Shown here piece after piece: positions 19,954 to 42,283 of a stretch of 64,000 nucleotides of DNA. Numbering within the stretch: position 1 is the first letter of the stretch; each line of letters begins with the position of its first letter. A program made the translations under genes and the position numbers. The stretch is from Cyanophora paradoxa CCMP329 (lineage: Eukaryota > Plantae > Glaucophyta): assembly GCA_004431415.1 (NCBI GenBank), contig QPMI01000423.1, forward strand, positions 1-64,000. The letters are read 5' to 3'. The notes under the pieces were generated by a model that saw only the letters and a list, made by a program, of their open reading frames with translations, was not told the origin of the DNA and did not search any database.

Positions 19954-21974
19954 ATGGACGCGGATCAAGGCAGCAGCCCCGAGTACGTCGTCGAGTACGC
20001 GGGCTCCGTCCAGGGCCCGCTCCGCCACGAGCACTTCCAGCAGGCGGTCCTCATGCAGGCCTTCCACGCGTCAAACCCGAACGGAGTTCTCGAGAAGGCG
20101 CCCAATTACGACGAGTGGGCGAAGGAAACGGCCCCCGTCGCGAATCCCGCACAAGCGAATCGGACTTTCGCGGGTGCGACCTTCTCAATTATATATATCT
20201 GATTCTCTGCGCCGAATCGCCGAATTCGCGCAAGGGGCTGCGAAAATCCGGATCGGCGACGACCCTCCACGTGGCCGCTACGTTTTCGACGTCTTCAACG
20301 GCGCGTACGACTTCAGCCAGCGGAGCCCAAAAGAGATTGATCCGGATGAGATTCCGGATGACGTGCGCCGCGGGCACGCGGACAAGGGGCTTCCTTCCAT
20401 TGCGGGCCTGAAGATCTACGGCGTGAGCATCGGTTCCTTTCATTCGCGCTCCGCCTACCCGCTCCGAATCGCCCTTCGGGCGTCTTCCGAAATTTTCGCG
20501 TGCGTATCTAGTTATCGAGCTGTGCTCGGGCTTTCGTGTCGATTGCGTCCCAATTCTTTAAAATTTCCCCGCTTGCAGGATCGACTTCGCGAGCTTCTGC
20601 CCGAAAATCGACCTCGAGAAGGAGGAGCACATCCAGATGACGCACATCGCTGGCGGAGGCGACGAAACAGGCGCGTTTGCGTTCCCGGACTATCGCGCGC
20701 GCGTCTCTGTGTATATATAGCTAGACCTGCTGCGAAATCAAAATTTAATTGTGAAGCATTGCAACATTGCAACTGATAAGTTTTGCAGCGTCGAGCGCAT
20801 CGGAGGACGAATCCTGCCGCGGTGCTCGCAGCAAAAGGGATTTGGATGCGCGTTTCAAAAGAGTTTCCGGCAATCCGGAAGCCGTGAGCCAGCTTGTGAT
20901 GGCCGAGATGTGGCTTCGAATGGAGAAGGACATGAGCGTCGCGGACGCGCCGATGCCGCGCACCATCAAGGCCCGCCGCCTGCGCCGCATTGCCCTCGCC
21001 TTCCAGCGCTCCCGCGTCTACCGCATGCAGTACCAGATGAAAAGGTACGCATACGCATTTATTCGCTTCTTACGTTCTTGGAAGTCGATGCGCTTTCTGC
21101 GTGATTTTTGCAGCATTTCCGCGGCGTCGCTGTGGCAGGGCGCGGGCGCCGCGGCGCTGGTCCTTGATCTCGGGGCCCCGCCCGCCTTCTTCTCTCGCAC
21201 TCCGATTCCCGAAAACATCGGCGAGCGGTGAGGCCGCCCGTTCCTATTCTTTCGCGCTCTCCGTCCGATCTCGAGCGCGAAACTCGAATTTCGCAGGGGC
21301 TTCGAGCCGTGCGGGGACTTCACGAGGGACGCGGCCGCGGGCGCCTGCCCCCGCCTCGTCGTCTACGGCGAGGCCGCCGAGCTCCGCCGCGCCTGCGCCC
21401 GCGCGGGGGCCGCCTCGCCCCTGTTCCGCCAGGCCCTCGCCCGCGGGGCCGCGCAAGCAGACGCCCCGGACCTCGCCACTGGTGCGCGGGGCGCGAATAA
21501 GAAGTTCTAGTGTTTATTTACAATTAGCTATAGCTATAGCCAATTAGACTAAATTATAATCATGCGCGCGTTGCGCAGATGGCCTCGAGAGCCGGCGGTT
21601 CCCGACCGGCGCCCTGGGCTCGAGCCCGCCCGCGCTCCCGCCCTCGCCGGTCGAGCTGAGCGACCCGGTTCGCGATCGCGCGCTGCCGCGCCCCAGCCCT
21701 GCGGCGCGAACATGGGATCGACCCGCCTGCGCCTGCGCTCGGCCAGGTCCTCATGATCAGCAACGAGGAAGTGCAGAGGCTGCTCGCCATCAGCTTCTCC
21801 GCCATGCAGCCATGCTTGGGGCGGATGGCCATGGGCGGCGGCGGAGGCGGAGGCGGAGGCGGCACGGGCCCTTCCCAGGCCCGCGGCCGGGCGCCCCAGG
21901 CGCAGGCCAAGCCGGGGAAGCCCGCCCGAGGCGAGGGCAACCGCAAGAAGATGAAGGGCGCCGCCCGCCGCTGA
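19954..21974 (+). CDS. Multi-exon hypothetical protein
   Basis: Host-like coding exons (MDADQGSSPEYVVEY..., EFAQGAAKIRIG..., IDFASFCPKIDLEKEE..., VSQLVMAEMWLRME..., ...RKKMKGAARR-stop) separated by lower-GC segments ending in AG; no family recognised. Confidence 0.5.
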
Positions 21975-22033
21975 TCGAACGATACACGTACGTACACATG
22001 TATATCGCGTATTGTAAACCAACGAGAGTCCGA

Positions 22034-32696
<10,663 letters not shown>

Positions 32697-33227
32697 AATG
32701 GCGCTCTAACCGCGGCGGCACGTGCTGCTCCCGCCGGTGCTGCACGCGACGCGCGAGCTCGCCGCCGCGCTCCGCTGCTCCCGGTGCGCTTGCTGCGCTC
32801 GCGCTTGAGATCTACGAGTCGACTGCGCTCTGGGATTTCGATAAGGGCCCGGTTCGATTCTCGGTGGGGCTGTTTTGGGGCCAGCGAAACTCGCGGCGCG
32901 GGCCCGGGCCCCGGGCGCCGGCTGCACTACGGCAGCTGTAGCGAGTTCGTTTCCGCAGCGCCAACTCATCACTGGTGATCATGAATTCGAATCCGAATCT
33001 GCCCGGCCGCTGCCACCCGGGGGCCGGGCCCGGGGACTTTCGAATTCATGCTTGCAAATGCGAATTGCCTCCGTCCCCCGAGCTTCCCCTAAGCCTCCCC
33101 GTAGTTCGATCGGGAAACATTGAATTCTCCGCAGACTCTCAGCACTAGACCCGTAGCCTCAGCGCTAGCGCTGGCCGTGGCGGCTCGGCAGCACTGCGTG
33201 GCGCCCTCCGAGGCCCGGCTCACGCGG

Positions 33228-35415
33228 TCATGAAGACCTGGCTTCTTGGGGATTCAGGGGGCGGGCCGGGATCGGGGGGCCGGGCCGCCGGGGCCCCCGG
33301 GCGGGCGCACGGGCAGGTAGCGTGCCAGCGCCATGCCGGCGGTCATGCACGCGACGAACAGCAGCGCCGTGGGCTCCAGCACCGCCGCGTTGATCAGCGC
33401 CGGGCCTGCGCCCGCGCACACAGACTTCAGCAGAGCGAAGGGAAGTGGAGGGGGGAGAAGGCGCACCGGGGCACAGGCCGATGAGGCCCCAGCCCTGGGG
33501 AGGGGAAAGAGCGATCAGGGCCCCGGCGGGGCCGAAAAAGGGCGGGGCGCAGCGGGGAGGGGTACAAGCGCACCGCGCCGAAGGCGACGCTACCAGCAAG
33601 CAGCTTCGCATCGATCTTGCGCTGCGGGGGGTACGGGGTGGGACGGCGGACGGGTGCGCGATTTTCAAGGGGGGGGGGCTCACCTGAGCCTCGGGGGAGG
33701 GTACGCAGAACTTGTCCCCGAAGAGGGGGCGTGGCATGCCCCTGGTGGGGGGTGTGAGCGGGGGCGCCCGGGGGAAGATCAGGGAGGGGTATGCGGACCT
33801 GATGAGCCAGAAGTAGAGGATCAGATTTGGGAGGAGGGCGCCGCCCGCGACAAAGAGGAGGGAAGGGTTCCAAACGTCCCTGAAGGGGGGGTACGGGATG
33901 CGCCGTCAGGTTCCGAAGAGGGGTACCGGATACGGCGTCGAGGGGGGAACGGCCGCACATGAAGTTCAGGAACCCGAGAACGGCGTCCTGGCGGCCCATG
34001 CCGCTGAAGGCCAGGCCCGCCCCGATCGCCACCCCTGGGGTACAGGGTGCGCGCCGCGTAAGCGGCCGGCCGGGGTACGCATACGTAGGGGGGTACCGGA
34101 GAGGAGGGAGGATGCGAGGCCGGAGGTCTCCTCGGAGAGTGTACCCTTGTCGCGGGGGGAGAGGGAGACGACGAGGCGGCCGAGGGCGGCCACGGCCACC
34201 AGGGCGCCCCCCATCGCGAGGGCGTCCGCCGCCGAGGCCGCCGCGTAGGGCGCGATGCCCTGCGCGCCTGCGGGTGGGGGCAGCTCGGGAGATCAGACCT
34301 CAGGTGAGCCGGCTCAGGTGAGGAGGGGGCGCGCCCTGCCAGTTGCGGTGGAGGCCGTTTGCCACGGCTGCGGCGACGCCCATGAAGGTGGCCGACGAGG
34401 CGATCGAGCGCAGCGAGAGCCTCGAGATGCCGCAGATCACTGCGGGGGTATGCGGTCATTCGGGCTTGAGGGGGGTACAGGGGCGCGGGGCGGGGCAGGG
34501 CGGGGCGCACTGTGGCCGGAGGTGCAGCCGTTGGCGGTCTGCGTGCCCCATCCTGGCAAGGACCCAGCGGCGTTCGGCTGGGATACGGTGGGGGAAGGGG
34601 GGTGGGGAAGGAGGGTACCGACGAGGAGGCCTCCCAGGATGTACTGCCACGTCGGGAAGGCGAGCAGGGGTACGAATCCGGCTGCAGTGAAAACGCGGGG
34701 CGGGGTCGGTTGAGGCGAAAGATCTTTAGAGGGGGCGAGTGACCCGGGCCCGGGTCGGGGCGGGGCGCAGCGGACCGGGGTACAGGAGCTTGCCGAGCCA
34801 GGCGCCGGCGGCCATGCCTGCGAGCACGCAGGCGCGGAGCCGCCATGCGTCCTTGTCGCCGAAGACGACGGTCGCGAACGTCCCGCTGATGCCGGCGACG
34901 CGCCCGTTCATGAGCATGAGGACGAAGACGCCGGAGCCGAGGAGGAGCGCGCCGGCGAGGGACTGCAGCCTGCGCGTGGGCGCGGCGGTGAGCTCGAGCT
35001 TCGCGGTCAGAGCAGAGTGCAGCGGTTCGGATCGGAGATCTAGAGCGCACGGAGTGAAGGCGCCCATGCTAGCTACGAGGGCGGGCGCGGCTGCTGTCGA
35101 GGCGTGGCGGACGGCCGCGGCCGGCGGTGCGGTGTGGCGGGGGAAGGCCGGGGACAGCGGCCCCTTCCCGGCGCTGCCGACGAAGAAGCTGCGCGATACG
35201 TGCGCGCCGCCGAGGCTGGCGGTGCTGCTGAGGCGGGGCCGGACGGATGTGACGGCCGGGGCGCAACTGGCGCCGCGGGCGTACGCGAGGAGGCCGGCGG
35301 CCGGCGACCCCTGCAGCTGACTTCTGACGGAGACGTTCGCCGGCGCGTGCTGCGCCAGGCGGGAGCGGACGGCGGTGAGCAGGGCGGCGCTCGACGCGGA
35401 GAACGCCGAAGTCAT
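33228..35415 (-). CDS. YeeE/YedE-family sulfur (thiosulfate) transporter with organelle-targeting-like N-terminal extension
   Basis: NGRVAGISG, ICGISRLSLRS, FSGM...VLGFL, WNPSLLFV, IDAKLLAG and GWGLIGLCPGPAL motifs; long Ser/Ala/Arg-rich leader starting MTSAF. Confidence 0.85.
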
Positions 35416-35975
35416 CAAGATTCCGGGGTTCGAGTGCTGGTCCCCCGTTCACTTCGATCAACTGGCGGGCCCGTGCGCGTCGCGGGAAGCCGGGTTACCG
35501 AGGGCGAGCGGCCTGTGCGTCGGTTTGCCGTGTACCCCTGCTCGAAATGCGTAATGCCCCCGGCCGCGGGCCCTGGAGCTCGAGGCTGGATCCGTATGAT
35601 CCGGAGCGCGCGCGCCGAGTCGCAGGACTCGCGGCTCGCGAACTCGAGGCCGGGCGCGGCCGGCGCGGCGCGGAAACGCCGCGACGTCGCCATAGCCAGG
35701 TTTGAGGCTCATCCTCAGCGCCAGCGCATATGCATGCAGGCCGGCGCACGGCATGCTCGCCGCGCGGCCGGCGGCTAGCGCTAGCGCTAGCGCGGCCCCG
35801 CCGGCCGGTCCCACCGACTCCCACGTCGACGCGTACGCACTAGTCGACGCGACGCGGCATGCGCGCACGGCCTCCGACGGGCCCGACGAACGTTCAACTC
35901 GCCGCAATGCATACGGTCAGCAATCTATCTAGTTTGATTCTAGTACTGTGCGCGCGACTGTCCTGGGCGCTATAG

Positions 35976-38900
35976 CTAGCCGCTCGTGGGCGCGGCGGCC
36001 CCCGCCGGCTCCGGCTCGCTGCGGACGCGGGCGAGGGCGGCGGCGGCCTTGGGCCCCTCGAAGAGAGCCCCGATCGCCCACTCGGCGTCCCCGCGCCCGA
36101 AGCCCGGCAGCTCGCCTGAGCGTCCGATGTCAGGTGAGCGTGGGCGAGGGGGGGGGAAGGGGGTACGGGTACCGGCGAAGTAGCGGTCGAGGATGGTCTG
36201 GAGGGGCATGTCGAGGAGGCCGGAGAGGGCGGAGAAGCGGGGGAGGGAGGGGGCGCCCCGCGCGAAGGCCTCGGGCCCCAGCCCCGCCGCCTCCTGCAGG
36301 GCCGCCGGCAGCGGGCCGAGCAGGCCGCCCAGGACCGTCGAGTCGGACTCGGAGATGTCGGGCACGGCGCGGAGGGCGCCAGACAGGGCGCGGAGCAGCG
36401 AGTCGGCGGCGCGGCCGGCGGCCTCCTCGCGCGCCGCCTCGGGGAGGACCTCCCCCGCAAGCCTCGCGAGCTGCCGGAGCCGCTGGGCCGCCTCCCGCAG
36501 CGCCCCCTCGATGGCCCCGCGGCGCCCCGGGGCGGACGCCTGCTCCAGACCGCCCGCCTCCCGCACCGCGTCGGGCCCCAGCCGCTCGGCGTGGCCCTGA
36601 GGACAAGGAGAAGGGCTAAGCAGCCGAGGCGGCGCAGGGAAAGAGTGGTGACTCGGGCACCGTCGCCTGAGCGAAGGCGGCGTCCCCGGCATCGCGGAGG
36701 GGCTGCGCCAGGTCCAGAAGGGACGCCGAGCCGCGCGCAGCTTCGGGGAGCCTACAAGAAAGGCGAGCTCAGTCGAGGACGGGCGAGGGCGAGGGGGCGG
36801 AGGACCGTTGGCGGGAGGCGAGCCCGAGGGTCATGCAGCGGTGGGCGAGGTACCTGCGCGGGCGGGCGGGCGTCTGAGCGGGCGGAGGCGGAAGCCGGGC
36901 GAGGGAAGGAAGGAGGCGAAGGAAGGGCGGACCAGGAGTCGCAGTAGTAGAGGAAGGCGGCGGTGGGGACCGTCGCCAGCGCCTCCGCCTGCCGCGCCGG
37001 GAGCTGCTCCGGCGTTGGGCGCTGGGAAGCGGAGGGGAGAGCGGAGGGGAGAGCGGAGGGGCGGGGCGCACGGCGGCGCGCCAGAGGTCGAGGGCGTCCC
37101 GTACGCCATCGAAGAGCGCCCGCGCCCTGCGGCCGCCCGGCCGGCCTCGGCGAGGAGCGGGGCGGGGCGGGGCCGGGCGGCGGGGGGAGCACGAGCACCC
37201 CGCGTCGGTGGCGTCGGCGGCGCGCTCGGCGGCCGCCTCCAGCAGCTCCAGGAGCCGCACCGCCCGGCGCGAGACCTGCGCGCGAGCCGAAGAGCGTTAG
37301 GGGCGGGGCCTGAGCGGAGGAAGCGGCGGGGCGGATGGGCGATGGGACGGTATGAAAACAAAAAGCTCTTGCGGCGGGGCCTAAGCGGAGGAAGCGGCGG
37401 GCGGGGCGGCACGCGAGCCGAAGAGCGTTGGGGCGGGGCCTAGGGGAAAAAGCGGTGGGGCGGGGCGGGGCGGGGCGGGGCGGGCCTTGCAGCGGGGCAC
37501 GGCGAAGGGCGCCCGTCGGTCGGCCTCCTGGAGGACCCCGGCGAGCGCGTCGGCGCCCTCGGCCCCGCCGAACCCGCCGCCTTCGCCGGGCCCAGCGGCC
37601 GCAGCAGCGACGGGGCGAGCGGGCCGCCCGACTCCGGCAGCGGCCCTGGCCTGCGCACCGCCCGGCCCCGCCGCGCGGCTCGGTCAGACCAGCGCCGCGG
37701 CGAAAGCCCCCGGGAGGAGGAGGCGCAGGATTGTCCCTCATATATCTGCTCACGACTGGACGTCTCGCCACGGGCGGCGCGGGCGCGGCGCGCGGCCGGC
37801 GCGGCGGCGCGCGCGCACGCGGCGTCCCATGGGGACGCGCCTGTGCGCGCCCGCCCCGCGCGGCGCCGTGGCGCGCCCCGAGCGGGCCCGCGGGTCCCGC
37901 CCTCGGTCCGTCTCTCAAATCATAGGGGACGCCCCCGGCCCCTTCCCCGGCCCGCCAGGCCCGCCCCCCTTCAGAGGTACGCACCGACGTCGGACGGGGT
38001 TGGGAGGGTACGGGCTCGAGGTCGCCGCCGAGGATCACCTCCCGGGCCTCGGTCACGAGCTGCGCGGCGCGGGAAGCGTCGGCCGGCGGCGGCGGCAGAG
38101 GCGGCGGCGGCCCGAACGGAGCGCTCGCACCGCGAGCCGCGCCCGAGCGGCGAGGCGGCGTCCGCCTCCTTCGCAAAGGCCGCGAGGGCGCCCGCCTGCG
38201 CCTTCGGCACGAGCCCTGCGCCGCGCCGTGCCGCGCCGCGTGAGGGGCCGCGCGGGCGGGCGGATGGGCGGGGGCGGGCGGGGCGCGCCGAGCTCCGTTG
38301 CGCGGGCCTCGAGGGCAGAGGCGAGGGCGGGAGGCGCTGGAGGGCGGCGCAGAGGGCCGCGCGTCGCGGGCGTGCTCGGCGAGGGCCGCCAGCACCGCCG
38401 GCTCGAGGCCCTCGCGCCTGAGCCGCTCCCACGCCGCCGCGCCGAACGCCGCCGCCAGATCCCGCCGCCCGCACAGGAGCCGCCCGCGACGAACTCGCAC
38501 GCCTCCCGCGCCAGGCGCAGCGCCGACTCTGCGGGCGGCCGGCGGGTCGGCCTGGCGGCGGCGGCGGCGGCGCGGAGGGGCCGAGGCGGAGCGAGCGAGC
38601 GAACCGACGGCGTCGCCTCCCGTCGCGCCGGGCGCGAAGGAGAGCGCCGAGGCGCCCCCGGCCTCCTGCGCGCTCGTTGGCGTCGGCGGAGGAACGGGGC
38701 CGATCATGCCTCGAGGCGGGCGGGGCACCTCGGCCGTGGCGGGGGCGGGGGCGGGCCGCTGGGCGAGCATGGGGAGGAGCAGGCGGTCGGCCACCGAGCG
38801 AGCCAGGGACTCGGCCCGCGCCTCGGCCGCCCCCAGCGCCCCGCACGCGCCCCAGAACAGCTCCAGCTCCGCCGCGGGGCCTGCCCCATTTACAAGGTTT

Positions 38901-39984
38901 AGATACAATGTCAAAAAACCATATGTTGGCAGATGTTGTTACAATTATAGGAACTCAAGATATTGTGTTTGGTGAAATTGATAGATAATTTATAGATATT
39001 AAGCCTCGGCGCTCGGCGGGGCGCACCGACGCGGACGCGGGCGTCGTCCACGAGGACGAGCCGCTCCTGGAGCTCGTCGAGGCGCGCCCCGCAGGCCGCC
39101 CGCCGCGACGCCAGCTCCTCCTGCGCGCGCGCGCGCCGCGTGAGCGCGCGGCGGAGCCGAGCGCGGCGGCGCGGCGCGCGCCTTGACGATGGAGATCAGG
39201 TGGGCCTCCTTGTCCGGCATCGCGTCCACGAGCCGCGCCAGCAGCTCCGCCTGCGGCCACGCCCCGTCGACGTCGGCCCGCCTCTCTCCCTTCGGAGGGC
39301 GAGCGGCGCACCAGGCCCGCCACGCCGGCCGTCGCGCCGGCGAGGTCCCCGACGAAGAACCGCTCGTCGTACCGAAGCGCGTTCTCCCATATCTGCGCCG
39401 CCGCCGCTCGGAGGCGCGCTGGCGGGCCGGCGGGCGGGCGGCCAGCGTGCGGGCGCGGACCTCCGCAAGGACGGCCACGACGCGCCGCTGCATCGCGTTC
39501 GCCTCGCGCGCTGCGATCAGCTGCTTGAACTCTTGCTCCAGCGACTCGATCTCGGCCATGAGGCCCTCCTGCGCCGGCGAATGAGCGCGGGCGGCTCCCG
39601 CGGCGCGGCGCGCGGCGTGCCTTCGGGTGGAGGAGCTTCTGCTCGCCATCGCGGACGGTCGACATGAGCTGCTCGACCTCCTTCTCCGCGCCCTCCGCTG
39701 TGGCGATGACCGCCTCGATGTCATTTCGGTGCTCGCGGACATGCTCCGCTATCTTGGCCTGCGGCGCAGCGCGGCCCGCGTGAGGCTCGCGTCGCCCGGC
39801 AAAGCGAAAGCCGCCGGTGCACCTGCACGGCCGCCAGCTCCGCCTCGCAGCGGGCGATGGCGCCGTCGATGAGCGCGGGGTTCTGGAGCACATCGGCCGA
39901 GAGGGCGTCGTCCGACGCATCCGGACCGACGAGCACGCGCCGCAGGAGCTCCCTGCGGTGCTCGGCCGTGTGCTTCGTCGCCAT
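35976..39984 (-). CDS. ZW10: Centromere/kinetochore protein ZW10 homologue
   Basis: N-terminal coiled coils; C-terminal [37 protein letters not shown] and [13 protein letters not shown]...AIGALFE...ALARV match the ZW10 C-terminal pattern. Confidence 0.75.
38887..39002 (+). pseudogene. nad7: NUMT: 3' end of mitochondrial nad7 inside a ZW10 intron
   Basis: AT-rich ~116-bp island translating [33 protein letters not shown]-stop, the conserved Nad7/NuoD C-terminus. Confidence 0.93.
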
Positions 39985-40005
39985 CGGGGGTACGCCAGAA
40001 TGGAG

Positions 40006-41575
40006 ATGGCGAGCTTCGCGGCGACGGCCCCGGCCCCGGGGCGCGCGGGATCGGCCCACCGAGGCGCGCAGCTAACGTTGCGGGGCGATGCGGCGGCCTG
40101 CGTTCGTTCGCGTCCGGCCTGCGCGGTCGGCGGCTCGGCGGCTAATCGCCACCCGAGCGATCGGGCGGCGCTGCGATCGGAGTTCGTCGGCGAGTCCCTC
40201 GCCAGGCGGGATGCGCGCTCCGCCTTCGCCCGGCCGGCCGCGCTGGTGGTGCTCGCTGCGGGCGCAGCCGGCGCGGCGGGCTCGCGGCCCCAGCACGTGC
40301 GGTTCCGGCCGTGCATCGACCTGCACAAGGGGAAGGTCGTGCAGATCGTCGGTTCGACGCTCAAGGACGAGGAGGAGGGCGCGCCCGGGCCCGAGGTCAA
40401 CTTCGAGACGGCGCGGGACTCGGCGGACTTCGCGCGCATGTACCGCGACGACGGCCTCGCCGGCGGCCACATCATCATGCTCGGCCCCGGCAACGAGGAG
40501 GCCGCCACCTCCGCCCTCTCCGCCTGGCCCGGCGGCATGCAGGCGCGCTCCGCTCATGCCGGCCCGCGCGCGCCCCGCGCCGCCCGCACCGCGAGCGAGC
40601 GGGCCGCGCAGGTGGGCGGCGGGATCAACCCGCAGAACGCGCAGCGGTACCTCGACGCGGGTGCCTCGCACGTCATCGTGACGTCCTACGTGTTCCGCGA
40701 CGTGCGCGCGCCGCCGCCCCGCCGCGCGCCGCGCGCCGGCCGACGCGCGCCGCAGGGGAAGATCGACCGGGAGCGCCTGGCAGAGATGGTGGCGGCGGTC
40801 GGGCCACAGCGTCTCGTGCTGGACCTCTCCTGCCGCCGCAAGGTGCCCGGCCGGAGCGCCGCCTCCGCCGCCGCCGCCGCCCACGCCGCGGCCGCCGCGG
40901 GCCCGCACGCCTCCGCAGGGCGACACGTACGTCGTGTGCACGGACCGCTGGCAGAAGGAGACCGAGTTCGACGTCAGCCCCGCCACCCTCGCCGAGCTCG
41001 CCGAGAGGCGCTACCCCCCCCCCCCCTCTCCGCCCCCGTACCCTTCTAATCTTCGTTCGCAGCTGCGACGAGTTCCTGATCCACGCCGTCGACGTCGAGG
41101 GAAGAAGGTCCGCACCCCACCTGGCCGCCCCCCCCCCCCTCCTCTCCCCCCCCTTCCTCCCTCCTCCCCCCCCCCCCCCCCCCCTCCGCCCCCTCCGCCC
41201 AGCGCTCACGCCGCGCAGGGAGGAGTCCTGGAGGATCTCATCGAGAAGCTGGGTACCCCTCCCAGCTCCCCCCCCCCCCTGCCCCCCCCCACGTCCTCCC
41301 GGCCAATGCCGGGACAGGGGAGTGGAGCCCGCTGCCAGTCACGTACTGCGGCGGGGCGCGCTGCGTCGAGGACCTCGAGACGGTGCGGCGCCTCGGGCGC
41401 GGCCGCGTCGACTGCACCATCGGTGCCCCCCGCCCCGCCCCGCCCCGCGCCCTTCCAGCCGCCCAGTAAACGTACCCCCTTCTCAGGGTCGGCGCTCGAC
41501 ATCTTCGGGGGGAGCCTGCCGTACGCGGACGTCGTAACCTGGCAGGAGCGCCAGCGCGCCGCCGCTCGGCCCTAG
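40006..41575 (+). CDS. HISN3: ProFAR isomerase (HisA, eukaryotic HIS6/HISN3 type) with transit-peptide-like leader
   Basis: [68 protein letters not shown] and GSALDIFGG motifs; alternative in-frame ATG at 40000. Confidence 0.95.
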
Positions 41576-42283
41576 CCGCGATCGGCCCGTCCGTGTCTCT
41601 GAGAATTTCGGAAGATTATGTATACGACCTCAAACAACGGATCGGCCGGACCGGGGCCCAGCATATATATATCCGATTCGATGATCCCAGGAAGGGGATT
41701 TGGAGGGGACCAATCACTCGAGGGGCCGCCGGCGCGGCCTCGCCAGGCCCAGGGACCCATGGCCAAGGCCTAGGTGCCTCGAGCTCGCCAAGCTCGGTGG
41801 ACCCCCGGCCCCTGAACCCTGGCCCCCGGCTCCCCGGCCGTGCCCCCAAGCCGCCGAATGCCTGCATTATTTGCGTCGCGATCGTTCGCGGCGTCGACAT
41901 CGCCTTCTACAAGCTCTGGGAGGAACGTGGCTCGGCAAGACCGGACAAGTAGCTAGTATCAACTACGTGCCGATGGCTGTGAGCCTGTGACGGGCGGTGG
42001 GCGTTAATTTGGGGTTAGCCTTTACAAGTTTTTGGAGGGGGGTTCTGATTGAGATGCGATATCAACGGGCCGGCGGCATGCCCATGGGGCTTCTCGGGCC
42101 TGATAATGAGATCACCGGAGAGAGCCTCTCCGGATCCTCCACGCGCGGGCGGGGCGCCTCAGCCCCGGTTGCTAGCGGCTGCTAGCGCTGGCATGCGCGC
42201 GCGCTTCACATATGCAACTCTCATGGGCTCGCAGGAGGGGGGGGGGGAGGAGGAGGAGGGGGTACAAAGAGGGGGGCGGGGGC

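Noticed and set aside
38677-38988. ORF ending in Nad7 sequence as a functional nuclear nad7 gene
   Set aside because: Only the last ~33 codons are Nad7; the upstream part is antisense ZW10 exon sequence.
41593-41952. Possible small gene ending CIICVAIVRGVDIAFYKLWEE
   Set aside because: Non-ATG start, no recognisable family and no clear exon structure; insufficient support.
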